A stretch of 64,000 bases of DNA from NCBI RefSeq assembly GCF_009914755.1, contig NC_060929.1; one strand, given 5' to 3'. Of the stretch, positions 28,566 to 43,679 are shown piece after piece. The translations under genes and the position numbers were made by a program. The DNA is from the human T2T-CHM13v2.0 reference genome, Homo sapiens. Position 1 is the first letter of the stretch; every line of letters starts with the position of its first letter. Below the pieces are notes generated by a model. That model was given only the letters and a program-made list of their open reading frames with translations, was not told where the DNA came from and did not search any database.

Positions 28566-30239
28566 CTGTGTCACTTTCACTTTTTTATCTTTCCCTTGAG
28601 ACCACTAAATTAGAAAGTTTTATATATGCTTGAAGTTTTACAGGAATGAAAAATATGATGAATTATTAAGTATTAGATTTTAAATTAGAAGCATTTCCAT
28701 CCTTATGTAATGCATACAGCATTATTTTCTAATTCCACCCTTAAAATACTGTGCCTCTAATAGAATTATAACTCAAACCTATGATGCATACTGACTTTAT
28801 TCTCTATAATTTGTTTTATTCAATAAATTAATACAAGATTTCTAATGAAACAACAGCAAAAACAACAACAGCAAAAAGCACTGCAAAGAAAATGCTTTAA
28901 AAACTTCATTTTGTTTCATTACATTCTGGCAAACTAACAAATGCCCAGAACACTAAAAATTGATAACCAACTTCAAGTAATTTAGTGCTATGCAGTACAC
29001 ATACAATGGTGAAATTATATGGAGTTATATTATATATTTAGTGGTTTTTTGACAAGTTAGAATGTATATCCACATCTTCATGTCTCACATTCATCTTTAA
29101 TACTACAGAGAGCATTAGCTACTGCTTTATATGCATACATATATATGAATGGAGAAAGGAAAGCCATTTTGTTTGAAGACTGACCGGATAGGAGTAGATC
29201 TTATTTTACTTAATAATTAGAAAATAAAAAGTGGCCACTTCCCTGAATTGTACTTTCATATCAAACTCTTACTCTAAGAGATAAGGAAACAAGAGATTTT
29301 TCCTGCTTTCATACAAATATCATTTAAGATACTGTCCTTTCTTAAGTTCCAAATTTAGAAAACTGATTGGTGGACAACAGAGACATTGAAAATGAGGATA
29401 CCATAGAAATGTGTTCTCATCATTTTTTTTCCAATCCAGGACCAACTGTGGACACACAGTAGGGGTTCGTATTATCCTTGCCATTATCCAATTGACCCAA
29501 GTGACAAGAAATCAAAATGTCTTTTGTAGTCTTTCGACTACATTAGAGATGGGAGGGGTGAAAGCTGCCGCCTTTTTCTTGACACCTTTTAAAACTAGGG
29601 AATCCATTTAATGTTGTGTGCATTATTCCAAAATGGTAATTACCCTGAAAATATATGATAAACACATGCTAATGAGATAAGCCAACAAGGGCAAAAAATC
29701 CACTTTAATAATGCAATCATAAGAGAAAGAGTTTTAAGTAGATATGAGGAAATTATCATAAATGTCAAGGCTCACAAAATACAATAAAAAGGATTGATGT
29801 GTTTTATACATGCTAAATCACTGGTGGGGATTTATTATCTACACAAGACTCCCAGCTGACAGAAAAGCAGGCTCACCACATAACAATAACTTTTGTTAAA
29901 CATTACCATATAATTTTATATTTTTCTCTCTTTTTACAGTGAGCTCATAAATCAAAACTTTTCCCATCTACTAAACGGATATCAAATCTTGTGAATGAGG
30001 TAGGAGAAGTATTTTATGACTATTTGCATGAAAAAGGAAACTATTAGAAGAGGTACTAGTTATTTTTACAAGTATCACATCTATTTCTCTCTTAGCACTA
30101 AATACCAGTACCTCTGTTATCAAGCCTATAGTGAAAACTCACACTAAATCAGAGCTTCTCAAGACAAAATTAAGTACAGGGGAAGAAAGGGTTTAGGCTT
30201 ATATTAAGAAATTTAAACAAAAATATAATTGGATACTAC

Positions 30240-32480
30240 TTAAGCTTCCTCAAGAGGTGGTATAAAAATAATCTTGAAGAAATGGAATAGGGAATTAAAC
30301 CAAGCAAGTGGAGAGAATTAATTTGGCGCGGGAGACCACAAGCATGCTAGAGAGTTCAACAGATTTTGGAAAGATAGAAATTTGGGAAAAGAATGTTGAC
30401 GGTTGAAAAGAGAGCAAAGCAAGTTAAAAATATGCTCAGGTGTGAGCTGCAATAAAGTAGGATTCAGTCTTCTTGGCTTATCTCTAGGGACTCCAGGCTC
30501 CGAAGCAGGAGTGAGAAGGTGGGATTAAAACAGGGATGCTAATGGAATAAAACCTGGACCATTTTCCTTCCCCCTAACATATGCAGAGCAAACAGCAACT
30601 CATGGTGGTAATTTGCAGTTCAACCAAATGTATCAGAGAAATCTTTTGCAAACGGGTTTAGTAAACCTCCTGGGGAAAAAGCTGAGGCTATTGGCGTATT
30701 GACTCTATACCACATTTTTATGAGGGGGGAAAAAAAAGAAGAGGACGACAATGTCCAGAACCATAAAAGTCATAAATCTTTAGACTACAGGACCCTACTC
30801 AGTGCCAAGTAGATTCATTGAAGACAGACTTAAACCTTATGTTTTTAGCTTAAAACTAAAATTTACTTCAGGTTTGAGAAGAATAAATGAAATCAAGATA
30901 CATTGGATGTCTGGCTATACACATAAAAATAGATAACAGGCTGGTTTGGGCTCTTGAAGACGAGGTTAAGTTACAGATCATTTTGTAGGTTGATACCATA
31001 GTGCTGTACTTTACCATTGACTGGTCTTCGCCAGTATTGCCCTGTAATATTCACATGTACCCAAAAAAGAACTAATCCAAGGGTAAAATTTATCCAGTCT
31101 TCAATTAACAAAGCCATTACAACAGTAAGTATCAAATATTCTGACAGAGGGACTGTGTTGAGTTCACAGTGCCAAGTCCAAAACTCTCATTTTTAAGATG
31201 GTGTTTAAATTAAGAGCACATAGGATCCAGGCCGTGGTGGATTCCGTATGGTATAAAAAGAAGTTTTCAAGCAATAATCCAAAATTAGTTTCATGAATAA
31301 GTAACCTATTATAAAAAGGAGCTCTTAGGCAATGAATTAGAAGATGTATTGTTTTAAATGTCAGCAATTCTAAGGTAAAGAAATAAAATATCCTAAAAGT
31401 TTCCAGGGCAAGGTTTGGGGAAATAGGTTGCATACAAAAGAAAGTAAGAATTTGGATGGCATCAGACTTCTCATTTATACAAAAAAACAATGTGTGGTAC
31501 TTTTAAAGAACAGAGGAAAACTATTTTGAACTAGATTTCTAGACAAGCTATACTATCAATCAAATATGAGTGCAAATAAAGACATTTTAGGCATGTAAAG
31601 ACTCATGACTTCTTGCCAAGACAGTTTAATTACTTGAAAACATATTGAAATAAGCAAAATCAGTCCAAATCAAGGAAGGGAAAAATGTGAAATCCAAGAA
31701 ACACTAGAAAGAACAGAGAAGTGAAATGAATAGTATCACAGTAAAATCAAAGTGGAATAAGTACAAAAAGCCATTGGTCAAAAGTATATCAAGAAACCAG
31801 TTAGCACCAAAATGGTCTTCAAAAAGAAATGTATAGAATAAATGCCGTTCCGGAGATACAACGATTAAAGGGTAGAACCTTTAAAGTGATATGGTAAATA
31901 AGACATTCATTTTCTTTCAACAAGAAGAAATGAAAGGCAATTAGAAACTCCAGGGAAATATACACATGCATACACATACAGGGTAAAGTCTATATGACAT
32001 AATTTTCAGATTCAGATGGCATTAAAGATAACTCATTTGGACCTTAATCATAGAAATTTTTTATTCAAGTTGTACAACGGTCACGATTTGAGATCCATTG
32101 GAAAATATATAATTCTAGTATATCATTCTTATATGTGAGATAAGTAGCTAAATGCTGTTTGTTGTTAACTTGTAGATCAAACTACAGAGAAAGCACAGAT
32201 AATTAAGGATACAAAACAGAACATAAAGCTATCAACCTTGACAGTAAAAAATAAAAATTAAGGGATAGCTGTCAACTGCTGGAGGCAGATGTGGGAGCAG
32301 ATAAATGAAGGCAAAGGTAGAGGCAAAAATCTCAACTCACTAAAAAATCAAAAGAAACTACTAAAATTTATTAAAATAAGAAATAGTGCTTTTGAGTATA
32401 TTATTTAAAACTACACCATTACCAGTAAAATAACTAAAAATTATAACAAGTTAGGAGGAGGAGTGAAAGGAGTATATAAA
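30240..32480 (+). mobile_element. HAL1/old L1M ORF1-type remnant with an unidentified insert at about 30837-31337
   Basis: atcctaaaagtttccag...atggcatcagacttctca...actatcaatcaaatatgagtgcaaataaagacatttt. Confidence 0.6.
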
Positions 32481-32569
32481 GTTTATAAATAAATAAATAC
32501 TGTTTAGTTTATTAAATACTATTTATTTTTATGATGTACCACTATAAAGGCAAAAATACCCAACTGGAA

Positions 32570-33426
<857 letters not shown>

Positions 33427-33924
33427 TCTCTTCTGCATCCTTTAATTTTTGTTTTTTCCATGTGCCTGCATTACATTTATTTTAAAAATCTTACAAATAT
33501 TTGCATTATTATAGATCATGTATTCCTCTCACAATTATATGTGCAAAGACAAGTCTTAATTTCTCTTCTGTGGTTCACTGACAATTGTTACTATGCACTA
33601 GGCACTCACGGTATGCTTAAAATGATTTCTCATGTCAAGGAGATGCTAGGTCTAGAATCACAGCAGGGAATAATGATGAACATATAAAATTCTAGTCAAT
33701 GGAGTATCAAACTGGGAAATACAAAGGCAAGAAATACAATTTGAAACTGACAACATTCTCACAATGATTGAGCCTGAATCCCTTTTCTTCTTTTTATAAT
33801 GTTTACCTCTCAAGGAACTGAAATGAGTTTTTAATGATTTTCAAGTACTTCTTAAGGGCTTGAGTGCTGAGATTTTACAATGTATTATACATTTAAACTA
33901 TTTACAGATCTCAAAAGACTGAAG

Positions 33925-34145
33925 TGAATAGGAAATGCCCTGGGCGAGGAGTCAGAAGATATAAATCCTTGATCCACCTGTGCCTCTTATTTTTGTTATA
34001 ACATTAAGGCAAGGAATGCAAACCTTCCAAGCCTCAGTTTCCTCATCTGTAATGATAACGTTAGCACTGCCAAATCTCATTTGTTATCCTTAAAGCTTTA
34101 TAAACCAATATGTGTAAAAGCTTTTAGGAAACTACCAAATATACT
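33925..34145 (-). mobile_element. MIR
   Basis: aagcctcagtttcctcatctgtaa core. Confidence 0.75.
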
Positions 34146-34399
34146 GTAAAACAAGGGCATTATTATATCCGTGGAAGTATATGGTTATAGTCACTGAAAG
34201 ACAGAAAAGCTTCTATTAGGAGAATGTCCAAATTGGACAGTTTTTAAGCTGAGTGCCCAAGAATAATGCCTGGCCATTCTAGGGCCAACTTTGTTAAATA
34301 ATTGCTCAAGGGCAGCCAGCAAGAGTACATTGCTTGCTGTCATATTCTTTTGAAAAAATATGAATCACTTACTAACACGCAAACATCAAGAAAGTTGAC

Positions 34400-34630
34400 C
34401 TAAGAAACAAAACTTTTGGCTCCCCTGTAAAAGTTAGGGATGTGACCACCTGACCTGTGTACTGGAATGGTCACTATTCCTAGTGTTGAATGGGCTGTTT
34501 CCCATAGAGGGAGCAGGCACCTGTCATCTGCCACAGCCCCCACAAACCCTTTACCTTGCACCTGGCCTGCCTTACTTATTTAGATTATCAGTTTGACCCC
34601 TGTAACATTTGGGTTTGAAGCTGCTTTTCT
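34400..34630 (-). mobile_element. MER102-like hAT element fragment
   Basis: gccacagcccccaca...cacctggcctgccttacttatt...gacccctgtaacatttgggtttg. Confidence 0.6.
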
Positions 34631-34707
34631 AGCATGGGTAAATGCCCTCCCTAGTATATGAGAAAGGAAACTGTGCAGATTGGAAGACAAGGATGTAGAG
34701 CTAAGGA

Positions 34708-34765
34708 GGAGAGGAGAAGGGGACTATTAGGGGTTCGGAGAGGAGAAGGGGAATATTAGGGGTTC
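34708..34765. repeat. 29-bp tandem duplication (28/29 identical)
   Basis: ggagaggagaagggga(c/a)tattaggggttc occurs twice in tandem. Confidence 0.95.
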
Positions 34766-35572
34766 TTAAAACATGGTCAGAAGCCCCATTTATTCCACAG
34801 GCCTTGAACTTTTTTTCAGTGGGAGAATGGTCTCAGAAAGAAATTCTACCCACAAAATTACATTGCAAATTTCCCACTAGTCAAATTTTTTAAAAAATTT
34901 AAGGTATCTTTTGAATTCTACATAAAAATATAATTTTTGTGACTGACTTCAAAGCAAAAGGGAACATTGTAGCTCTGAGGACAGAGAATGCTACCTAATT
35001 TTTATGTTTGCTTGATGATAATGCTCTAGTGACTTTCAAGAGAAAGCACTTAAAAAGAATAAATTGAAGTTCACTGCATCTTATTAATTTGTTTTGCAAG
35101 GACAATGGAAACTGCTGCATTAAATTATTCATTAAATACATCTTACTTTACTCACTTTGCTTTCTTTCTATATTGCTTCTTAGGATGTTATCACTTTAAT
35201 TATTAAAATAGCCCCTGTGAGGTTCATAGTAATTATTACTATCCTGGCACCGTTATACAGAATGGAAATAAAAAGACAGATAAATAGAAGATAATACTGC
35301 ACATCATAACATTAAAACTACAAAAGCCTAGTAACAGTAACCAGCCAAGAAATAGTCTCAATCCAGGCATCATTTTCACCTTGTGTTGGGACATTCCACT
35401 ATAAACCTGGACAGTTTTTCAGACCATGGAAAACCACATGGTAAAGCATAGTGATGACAGGGACACAGTTCAGCTGGCCTTCAGACTCTAAAACTTTACA
35501 TGTATTTTCCTGCATTTCTCTTATTGACACTCTGTCTCTTCACTGGCATGTCATCTGCCCTCTCCCCAGTAC

Positions 35573-36330
35573 TGAAACGGGAGAGTTCCCTGACCTACTG
35601 GAGGGACTTGTAACAGGATGTGGCTCACTTGCTCTGTTTGAGCTTGGTGTACTCAAACCCCTTACAGGAGTGGGAACATGCAGACAGGCAGCTGCAGGAA
35701 CCAGGGCGAGTGCTTTTGGGTTCTGACCTCACAGTGGCATCTAGGGAATGTGTTACAATTAACGCTCTTTTAGCAGTTGCCATCCACAGGCGGCTAAGTG
35801 TTAAACCAGCTCAGTGGAGAGTCACAGTGACAGCCTTTTACACCCTGCCCTCTTGGTACCTGGGTCCTTGCCCACTGTCCAGGAAGAATCAGGTCAAACA
35901 GACTTGATGAGTGGTGAATGTGGGGATTTTATTGAGTGGTAGAGAGTGGCTCTCAGCGGGATGGATGAGAAATTGGAAAGAATATGGAGTGGGAAGATGA
36001 TCTTCCCCTGGAGTTTGGCCATCCCACAGCCAATCTCCTCTCCAACCATCCCCAGGCGAACTCCTCTCCATGTTTGGATGCTCCTTCTCTTCTCTCCTTC
36101 TCTGCCATGTGGCTCTGATGCTCTTCTGCTCATCTGCTTATGGAACATTGGGTTTGGGGTTTTTATGGGTAGAGGATAGGGCGCGTGGCAGGTCAAAAGG
36201 CAACATTTGGGCCTGAAAAGAGGAATGCCTCTTCCCATTTAGGGCCACGGGTTTCCAGGCTTGAGGGTGGGGCCTTTGCCAGGGAACCGCTTTCTTCTAC
36301 CCAGTATTTCCCTGCCTCATATCCATATCA
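35573..36330 (-). mobile_element. ERV1 solo LTR (LTR27/LTR28/MER52 group)
   Basis: tgaaacgggagagttccctgacc...cttctacccagtatttccctgcctcatatccatatca with TSD gtac/atac. Confidence 0.88.
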
Positions 36331-38929
36331 ATACCACCACTTCACAGACACACACACACACACTCACACACCCCTGAATGGTGGCACCTTTGACAGTGGA
36401 GGACTAAAAGTGAATAGTCCAAAAGGAGTAAAAGAAGAAAACTGGCTGCATAAAAGGTGTTCTTAGGTTTGAGACTCCCATAAGTAGAAGCCAAGGAAAC
36501 CTAAAAGTTTCATTCAATTGTCCTGCCAAGGACAGAAAATGAGACAAATTCCTGGCAGACAATCTATCCAAGACTGGGAAGAATTCATCTGATGAAAAAG
36601 CCCTGTGCCATTTATTCTGGAAATCAATGTTAAATATAAGGCAGAAGAACAATAAATCCTAGCATTCAGTGATTTTAGGATTTTCAAAACACTCCCTCTT
36701 TATAACAAACCAGCTTATTTAAATTCATTTTCACATCATAAGATCAGAGATCTCAGTTGAAACATGAAATTATATACCTTGGAAAAGAAAGCATTTAAAG
36801 GATAAATGTATTTACCCTGATGTATTTGTGCAAATGCATTTACACTGATAATCAAATGTAGTTGCATAGGAAAAGGGGAATTCTAAAATACTTGCTGGAG
36901 AGCTTTATATAAAGGTGAAGTGTTGGAGAGTCATTATTGCAAAAGAGAGCGAAGTTTATTTTTCATTTTCTACTCTTTTTCTCTGTCATTCAACTTTTAA
37001 ACTCTTCTGAACATGCTTTCAAAATTTCTATTTTCATCTATTTAATTCAATTTTTTAAATTACTGCACGTATCCTATCAAAATATGATAAAGAAAAGATT
37101 AGTATGACAGATACAATTTTACTCCTTAGCAGTGGTTGCAATTTTAGTTTTTCTATGAAAGAGGCAATATCTAAATACCTTACTAATAAACACACATAAA
37201 ATTTATTAGCCCTTAAATATTTAGTTTGCTCTCCCTGAAAGGAGCTAATAAGCAATTAAATAATATCTATGTAGATGGAGGAAATAATCCCTTTGGGAGG
37301 AATATTGACAATGGGTAATCAAGACTCAATCCTGGGGTGAGGATAATGTTTCCAATTCAGAGGATGTGGGCACAGGAACTTGACATCAAAACAAACATTA
37401 ACTCTCCATGACTCAGAGTGAACTTACCCTCCCACATGTTTTAAGCAACCAGCTCTTTCCCCTCTGCCAAAAAAAATAGGCATAGTCAAAACTCTTCATT
37501 CCCCCTTCTTTACTGAAATATTTTGATAGTTTTTAAATGCTGATGCTCCCTTAAAGGGGAGCTTTTAAAAATAATTATTACTCACATTTAATACTTCTCA
37601 GTCCGGAAAAGTGCAAAGGGGAAAGGCTGCAGGAAAATGTAGCTCAGAGTTTCAGTGATAGTCACATCTTTTCTTAATTTACCTTTAGGTCACAAAAACC
37701 TTGAGAACAGGAACAATGTATTTTCCATTCATGTAAAATCCCTTGGGTAATAGCACAATGTCTTCCTTTCGATGAATGCATTCCTACGGTTTAGGAATTT
37801 TCTCAGAATCTTAAAAAACACTTTCTTTCGCTATGACTACAATCATTCCTTCTCCTTAACACTGAGAGAAAAATATAAAGCTTCTTTTACGTGGATTTTT
37901 AGGAGAATATATAGGTTAAGCAAAGCAGAAACAATAGGTAAAATACTATGTAGAATAATTCAGTCTCTTTTGTCATTCTCAATAGAATTTTAGACTTTTT
38001 ATTCTTTCTAAAAAGAAAAAAAGATCATTTCAAATTATGCATCTTGTATGTGTGTAATAAAGATCTATGAACTCAAAAAGAGCGTGCCTCATAATTGCTA
38101 GCATAATTCTTTCATGGATCTGAAATTTGAGTTGATGCTGCTGGATTCAGAGTCTGCGCCTGGGAGGTCTGTATATATTCATAAAGGATTAAAATATTCT
38201 CAAATAGAACAAGCTGAATAAACATTCACATTTTAAAAAATGTATGTATGAAGAGTATATTAGAATACTTGAATTATAAATTCAACACTGTGCATTATTT
38301 TGACATCATTAGCAGAAACCATTACAACATCTAGTCCATAATACAGCTAATATATTTGGTAACCAAGATCTAGAATTTTCAGTAAGAAAAAACCCAGTGT
38401 ATTTTTTTCCTTCTGCTCATTTTTTATTTGAAACCTTTGAAAATAAGGATCAAAAATAACTTTATTCATGCAAACTCTAAAATAATTTTCATCTTATTTG
38501 AGTTTCTCATTTTTATTTAATGAAATGAGCAGGGTATATAATCCCCAAAAAATTTTAGTTCTAAATTATCTGATATATTACTCTATAGCAAACTTAAGAT
38601 TTTCAAATGAAAACGAAAGCAATCCACAAAGATTTTATATGAGAAAAAATATACTGAATGCAAATAAGGTATTGAAGGACATCTGTCACAGGAGATAGTG
38701 ATAAAGAACTTAGAAACACACAAGGACTTTGCCAGTAAGTACAGACAACGCGGCCCCCAGCATGGCACTCATTCTTTCAGCATCACTCCTCAAGCTAGCA
38801 AGTAGCTCTTTCAGGTCATAAAATCCTTGAGAGCAAGAACAATGTCTTTTCCATGTCATGCAAAATCACTTGGGTGATAACATCAGCCTCTGAAATTATT
38901 ACTGTTTTTGTTAATAACTTACCTTAGGC

Positions 38930-39100
38930 AAATTATCTCATTAAACTTTCACAAAAATTCTATAAAGTATTACTTAAACGCACTTTACAGAGGAGGAAAT
39001 ACTCCAAGAGGTTAAATAATTTGTCCAAGATGACACATCTCCAGTAAGTATCAGGGTGGGAATTGAAACCAAGATATTCTGAGTCCCAAGCCCCACTTGT
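38930..39100 (+). mobile_element. MIR
   Basis: tttacagaggaggaaatact...gaggttaaataatttgtccaagatgacac. Confidence 0.75.
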
Positions 39101-39911
39101 TTGAAATGATTAGATTTTGTTCATTATTGTTACACTGTAGAAAAAAATAAGCAATTTTTTTTATCGTTTGGAAACTTTATCTTTACAAGTCACAGAAAGG
39201 ACCTGCATTTCCCAGGAAGGCTTAACTATTTTTGTCCTCATGAGACTCTATCCTCTGAATCCCCACAGCTCATATCACTTGGCATCTAATAAGCCCTGCC
39301 TTGACCCCCTCAGTTACTTTATCATATGACACGATGTGGTTTCTCTCCAGCCTCTGTGAGTGCCTTAAAAGCAGAATCCCTCATTTATGTTCCCGATTCT
39401 TCACGGTAGTTGGTAAAGGGCTTCATATTAATACATTAGCTGACTCCAATATGGGTGGTTCAAGAAATTGTTGATTTCTTGGTCACTTAAAAAAAATGTT
39501 TCTGTGGTCACTATATTGTATCTCATAATCGTAATTATAATAAAACAAAATTGATTTATTCAATTAGAAAGAGGTTTACTTGAATTATGACAAGAAAAGT
39601 ACTTTTCTGTGGTAATTCTCCATCTGAAATTATAAAGTTTGAATTAGGCCTATGAGTCTATATGGGAGTCCTCTAGGAATATTTTTGTTTGCCATTCCTA
39701 AATAAATTCAAGAAAAAAAAAAAACATCCTGCTAGCAAATTTCTTAACCAGTGGTCTTTCGCTACTTCTCTTCTTTAGTGTTTAATTTCTAATATCTACT
39801 ACCCCAATTCCAGGGTCAAGCCTGTGTCCCATTTCAGAGACTCTCAACTCCCCACCAACACAAATGTTATTGACAACATTTGTACTATCCCTTCCCAATG
39901 GCATAAGTATT

Positions 39912-40713
39912 GTTTATTTATTATTTTGATAAGTTTTGGGGGAACAGGTGGTGTTTGGTTACATGAGTAAGTTCTTTAGTGGTGATTTCTGAGAGTTTGG
40001 TGCACCCATCACACAAGCAGTGTACACTGTACCCAGTGTGTACTCTTTTATCTCTCACTGCCCTCCTCCGACTCCTTCCCCATGAGTCCCCAGGGTCCGT
40101 TGTATCATTCTTATGCATTTGCATCCTCATAGCTTAGCTCCCACTTGTGAAAGAGAACCCAGAATGTTTGTTTTTCCATTCCTGAGTTACTTCACTTAGA
40201 ATAATGGTCTCCAATTTCATCCAGGTTGCTGTGAATGCCATTATTTTGTTTCTTTTTATGGCTGAATAGTACTGCATGGTATGTGTGTGTGTGTGTACAT
40301 ATATATATCTCACATTTTCTTCATCCACTCATTGATTGATGGGCATTTGTACTGGTTTCATATTTTTCCAATTGCAAATTGTGCTGCTATAAACATGCGT
40401 GTCAAAGTACCTTTTTCATATAATGACTTATTTTCCTCTGGGTAGATACCTAGGAGTGGGATTGATGGATCAAATGGTAGATCTACTTTTAGTTCTTTAA
40501 GGAATCTCCACACTGTTTTCCATAGCGGTCATACTAGTTTACATTCCCACCAACAGTGTAAAAGCATTCCCTTTTTACCACATCCACATCAACATCTATT
40601 TTTTTTAATTGTTTTATTACAGCCACTCTTGCAGGAGTAAGGTAGTATTGCATTGTGGTTTTAATTTGCATTTCCCTGATCATTAGTGACATTGAGCATT
40701 TTTTTCATGTTTG
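39912..40713 (-). mobile_element. L1PB1-like 5'-truncated L1 (3' end)
   Basis: ttttgggggaacaggtggtgtttggttacatgagtaagttctttagtggtgatttctgaga, with a degenerate TSD cccaat(g/a)gcat on both sides. Confidence 0.88.
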
Positions 40714-40789
40714 CCCAATAGCATGTGTGTTTCAATAGAGTGCTTCTGAAAACTGAAAGACTAATAAAGATAAAGCCTTTATTATTTAA

Positions 40790-41150
40790 GGTACACCCTA
40801 AGCTGCTGAATAAAGGACTCCTAAAATACAGTGGTTGAAATAAGATGAATGCTGTCTCCTTTCATGTAACAGTCTACATGTGAGCGGTCCTTGGTGAGAG
40901 TGGGGTTTCGCCATCTCCACAAGTGGCTTCCACAGTTGCTCCACTTGCCATTCCCCAGTTAGTTGAAAGGAGGAAAAAAAACAAGAGTAAGTCACTTCAT
41001 CTTTAAGGCTGTCACCCCAAAGTTACACTTTTTCTATTGGCAATTTTTGGCCCAAACTTAGTTATGTCACCATATCTAGGTATAAGTGAGGCTCATAAAT
41101 GCCATCTTTCCCTGGGCAGGCATGTGCATAACTAAAAATATGGGTTGTAT
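40790..41150 (-). mobile_element. MLT1J-like LTR
   Basis: taagctgctg...aaaatacagtgg...tcatgtaacagtc...ttggcccaaacttagttatgtg. Confidence 0.65.
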
Positions 41151-41656
41151 TTCTAAAGAAAGAGGGAAGAATGGAACTTAAGGGGCAATAAGTGATCTCT
41201 GCAACAGAGACTGAAAAGATTACACCATAGATTTAAGATTAAATTGTAATAATTGGGATGAAAAAAGGAATAGAAGAGTATCTTAAGGATGTCTTGCCTG
41301 GTTTTTCTCTGAAGCACCGTGTGGATAACCTGTTCATAAAGCTTTTCTTTCCTCACAAAATGGAGAATGAGCTATAGTAAAGCAAGAATTCTAAGTGCAG
41401 AGGGTTAAAGGAGAGTCAAGAAATGAAGGGCTACTGTGAGAATTATAGCTTGCCTGCTCAGAGAGCTCAGGGCTGTCACCTAGAGGAGCCGAAAGCCACA
41501 TCTTCGGAACTCCTTTCAGGGTATGAGTATGTGTCTGTATGGTTGGCAAGACATGAGAAGGATCAGAGAATTCAGGCCCTATGAGTGCTAAAATCGGTCT
41601 CCTTGGGCATACGTCTGGCCTTCACTAAGTTTCTGTTACATGAAGAAGGTAAGTTA

Positions 41657-41991
<335 letters not shown>

Positions 41992-43679
41992 TTTGCTCAC
42001 TATGCTTTAGAAAACTGGCTGGAATCTATTCTGACCCAGGATAGCCCTAACTGAATCTTCCCTAAATCCGGTGTACACACCCACATACACACACTTCCTA
42101 TAAAAACAACCAGCAATGTAAAGTGAAAATACAAAGGAAGCACAACCTGAAAACTGACAGTGCTGGGTCAGGAAAAGTGTGAAGAACAGCACCGACTGCT
42201 GACAAAAAGATGTCAATCATCACCTGCATGGCTCTTCACCAAGACCTGTATTACTATTCACCAAGTTCTTTGCCAGCAGATAAAGGTGGAAACAAATTCA
42301 CTGGAGAACCCATATCATTGTTTTCTGAGACAAGTTGTTTGACCTCTTCAATTTCTTTCATTCTGAACAGAAAAGTACCTTCACAGCTGCCACACGTTTT
42401 AAGTTCAACTATAATGAATTCAAGTCTAATGAATTGTTTGTAGATTCCTAAGAAGTCAAGTTTGTTGGCAGAAGTTACATTTTTCTTTTCTGTAAATAAT
42501 TCTGCCCAAAAGTCAATAAAAATGGTAGCTCTAAAAAGTGAAACATGAATTTTTACACCCATAACTGCACCCTACGGGTAACTCTGTCCTCTCAGTAAAA
42601 TTTTGGCATTTTTCTTTTATCTTCACCCTCTCTATCTTTTCCTCCCTCAATAAACAGACTAGTGAGCAAAATACTGTCTCTTATCTTTTAACATAAATCA
42701 TTCAAGATACATATTTATAAAAATCTAAAAAAAAAAAATTAGGCACTCACCCATACTACATAATGCCTGTTGGATTATTGGTTTCTGACATTTTTCAAAC
42801 ATTTTGGTAATAAGTTGTAGGAGTTTACATCACTCCATGATGATGAGAGTTCATACCACTACTGTCATTGCAACAATCAATGTATAATAGATACTGCATC
42901 AATTGTATAGCACATTATCAGATTCCTAGTTTGGATGAAAACATCTGCTCAATTCAAATTTCTTGGTACATTGTCTTAATCCTGCTACTTGATTTTAAGA
43001 AGAAAATTCTAGGAAATATCCTGAGTGCTTTTATCCTGACATTCAAGATAGCTTTCTTCATTCACTGGCTAAGCTCATGGATCACGTGTGTGACATGCAG
43101 GCAGGTATGAATGCATTGAAAAGACCTATGCAATCAAAAGCACCATATGTCTGAATTGCTAATGCACGCATTTCACAAAATTGGAGACTGGAATTTATTC
43201 TGTTGGCTCCAAAGTCCAGGACGGTCTAGATTTTTCTAAGAGAAAGCATGTAGCTTAAATCACCCTTTACACAGAGCAAATTCAATGGATGGTCCTCAAC
43301 ACTATATGCAAATAAATATAGGAATAAAGTATTACTTTTAACAGTGCATTTAGCTCTGAGAACATTCTGTTTGCTAATAATAGTATAAGATCTTAAAGGT
43401 CAGTAATATCTCCAATATATTTTATATACAATATATAAAACTCATTTTTGACAAATATTTATTGAGTATCTACTATGTGCCAGGTTTTAAACAATAGTAA
43501 AGTAGAAGGCATATGTCCTCACAAACTCACATGCTATAACTAAACATTTGGTAAAACACCATAAGGGTAGAGAACTAGTGGCTTTCAGAGTGAAAAAAGG
43601 GAAATATTTTAAATGTTGAGGACCTTAGTTTGAATCTTTCACTCAGGTCACAAAATACTATATGATTTATTCCCCATTT

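Noticed and set aside
41640-41656. Consensus plus-strand donor aag|gtaagt
   Set aside because: It is an isolated motif with no convincing upstream acceptor or coding frame.
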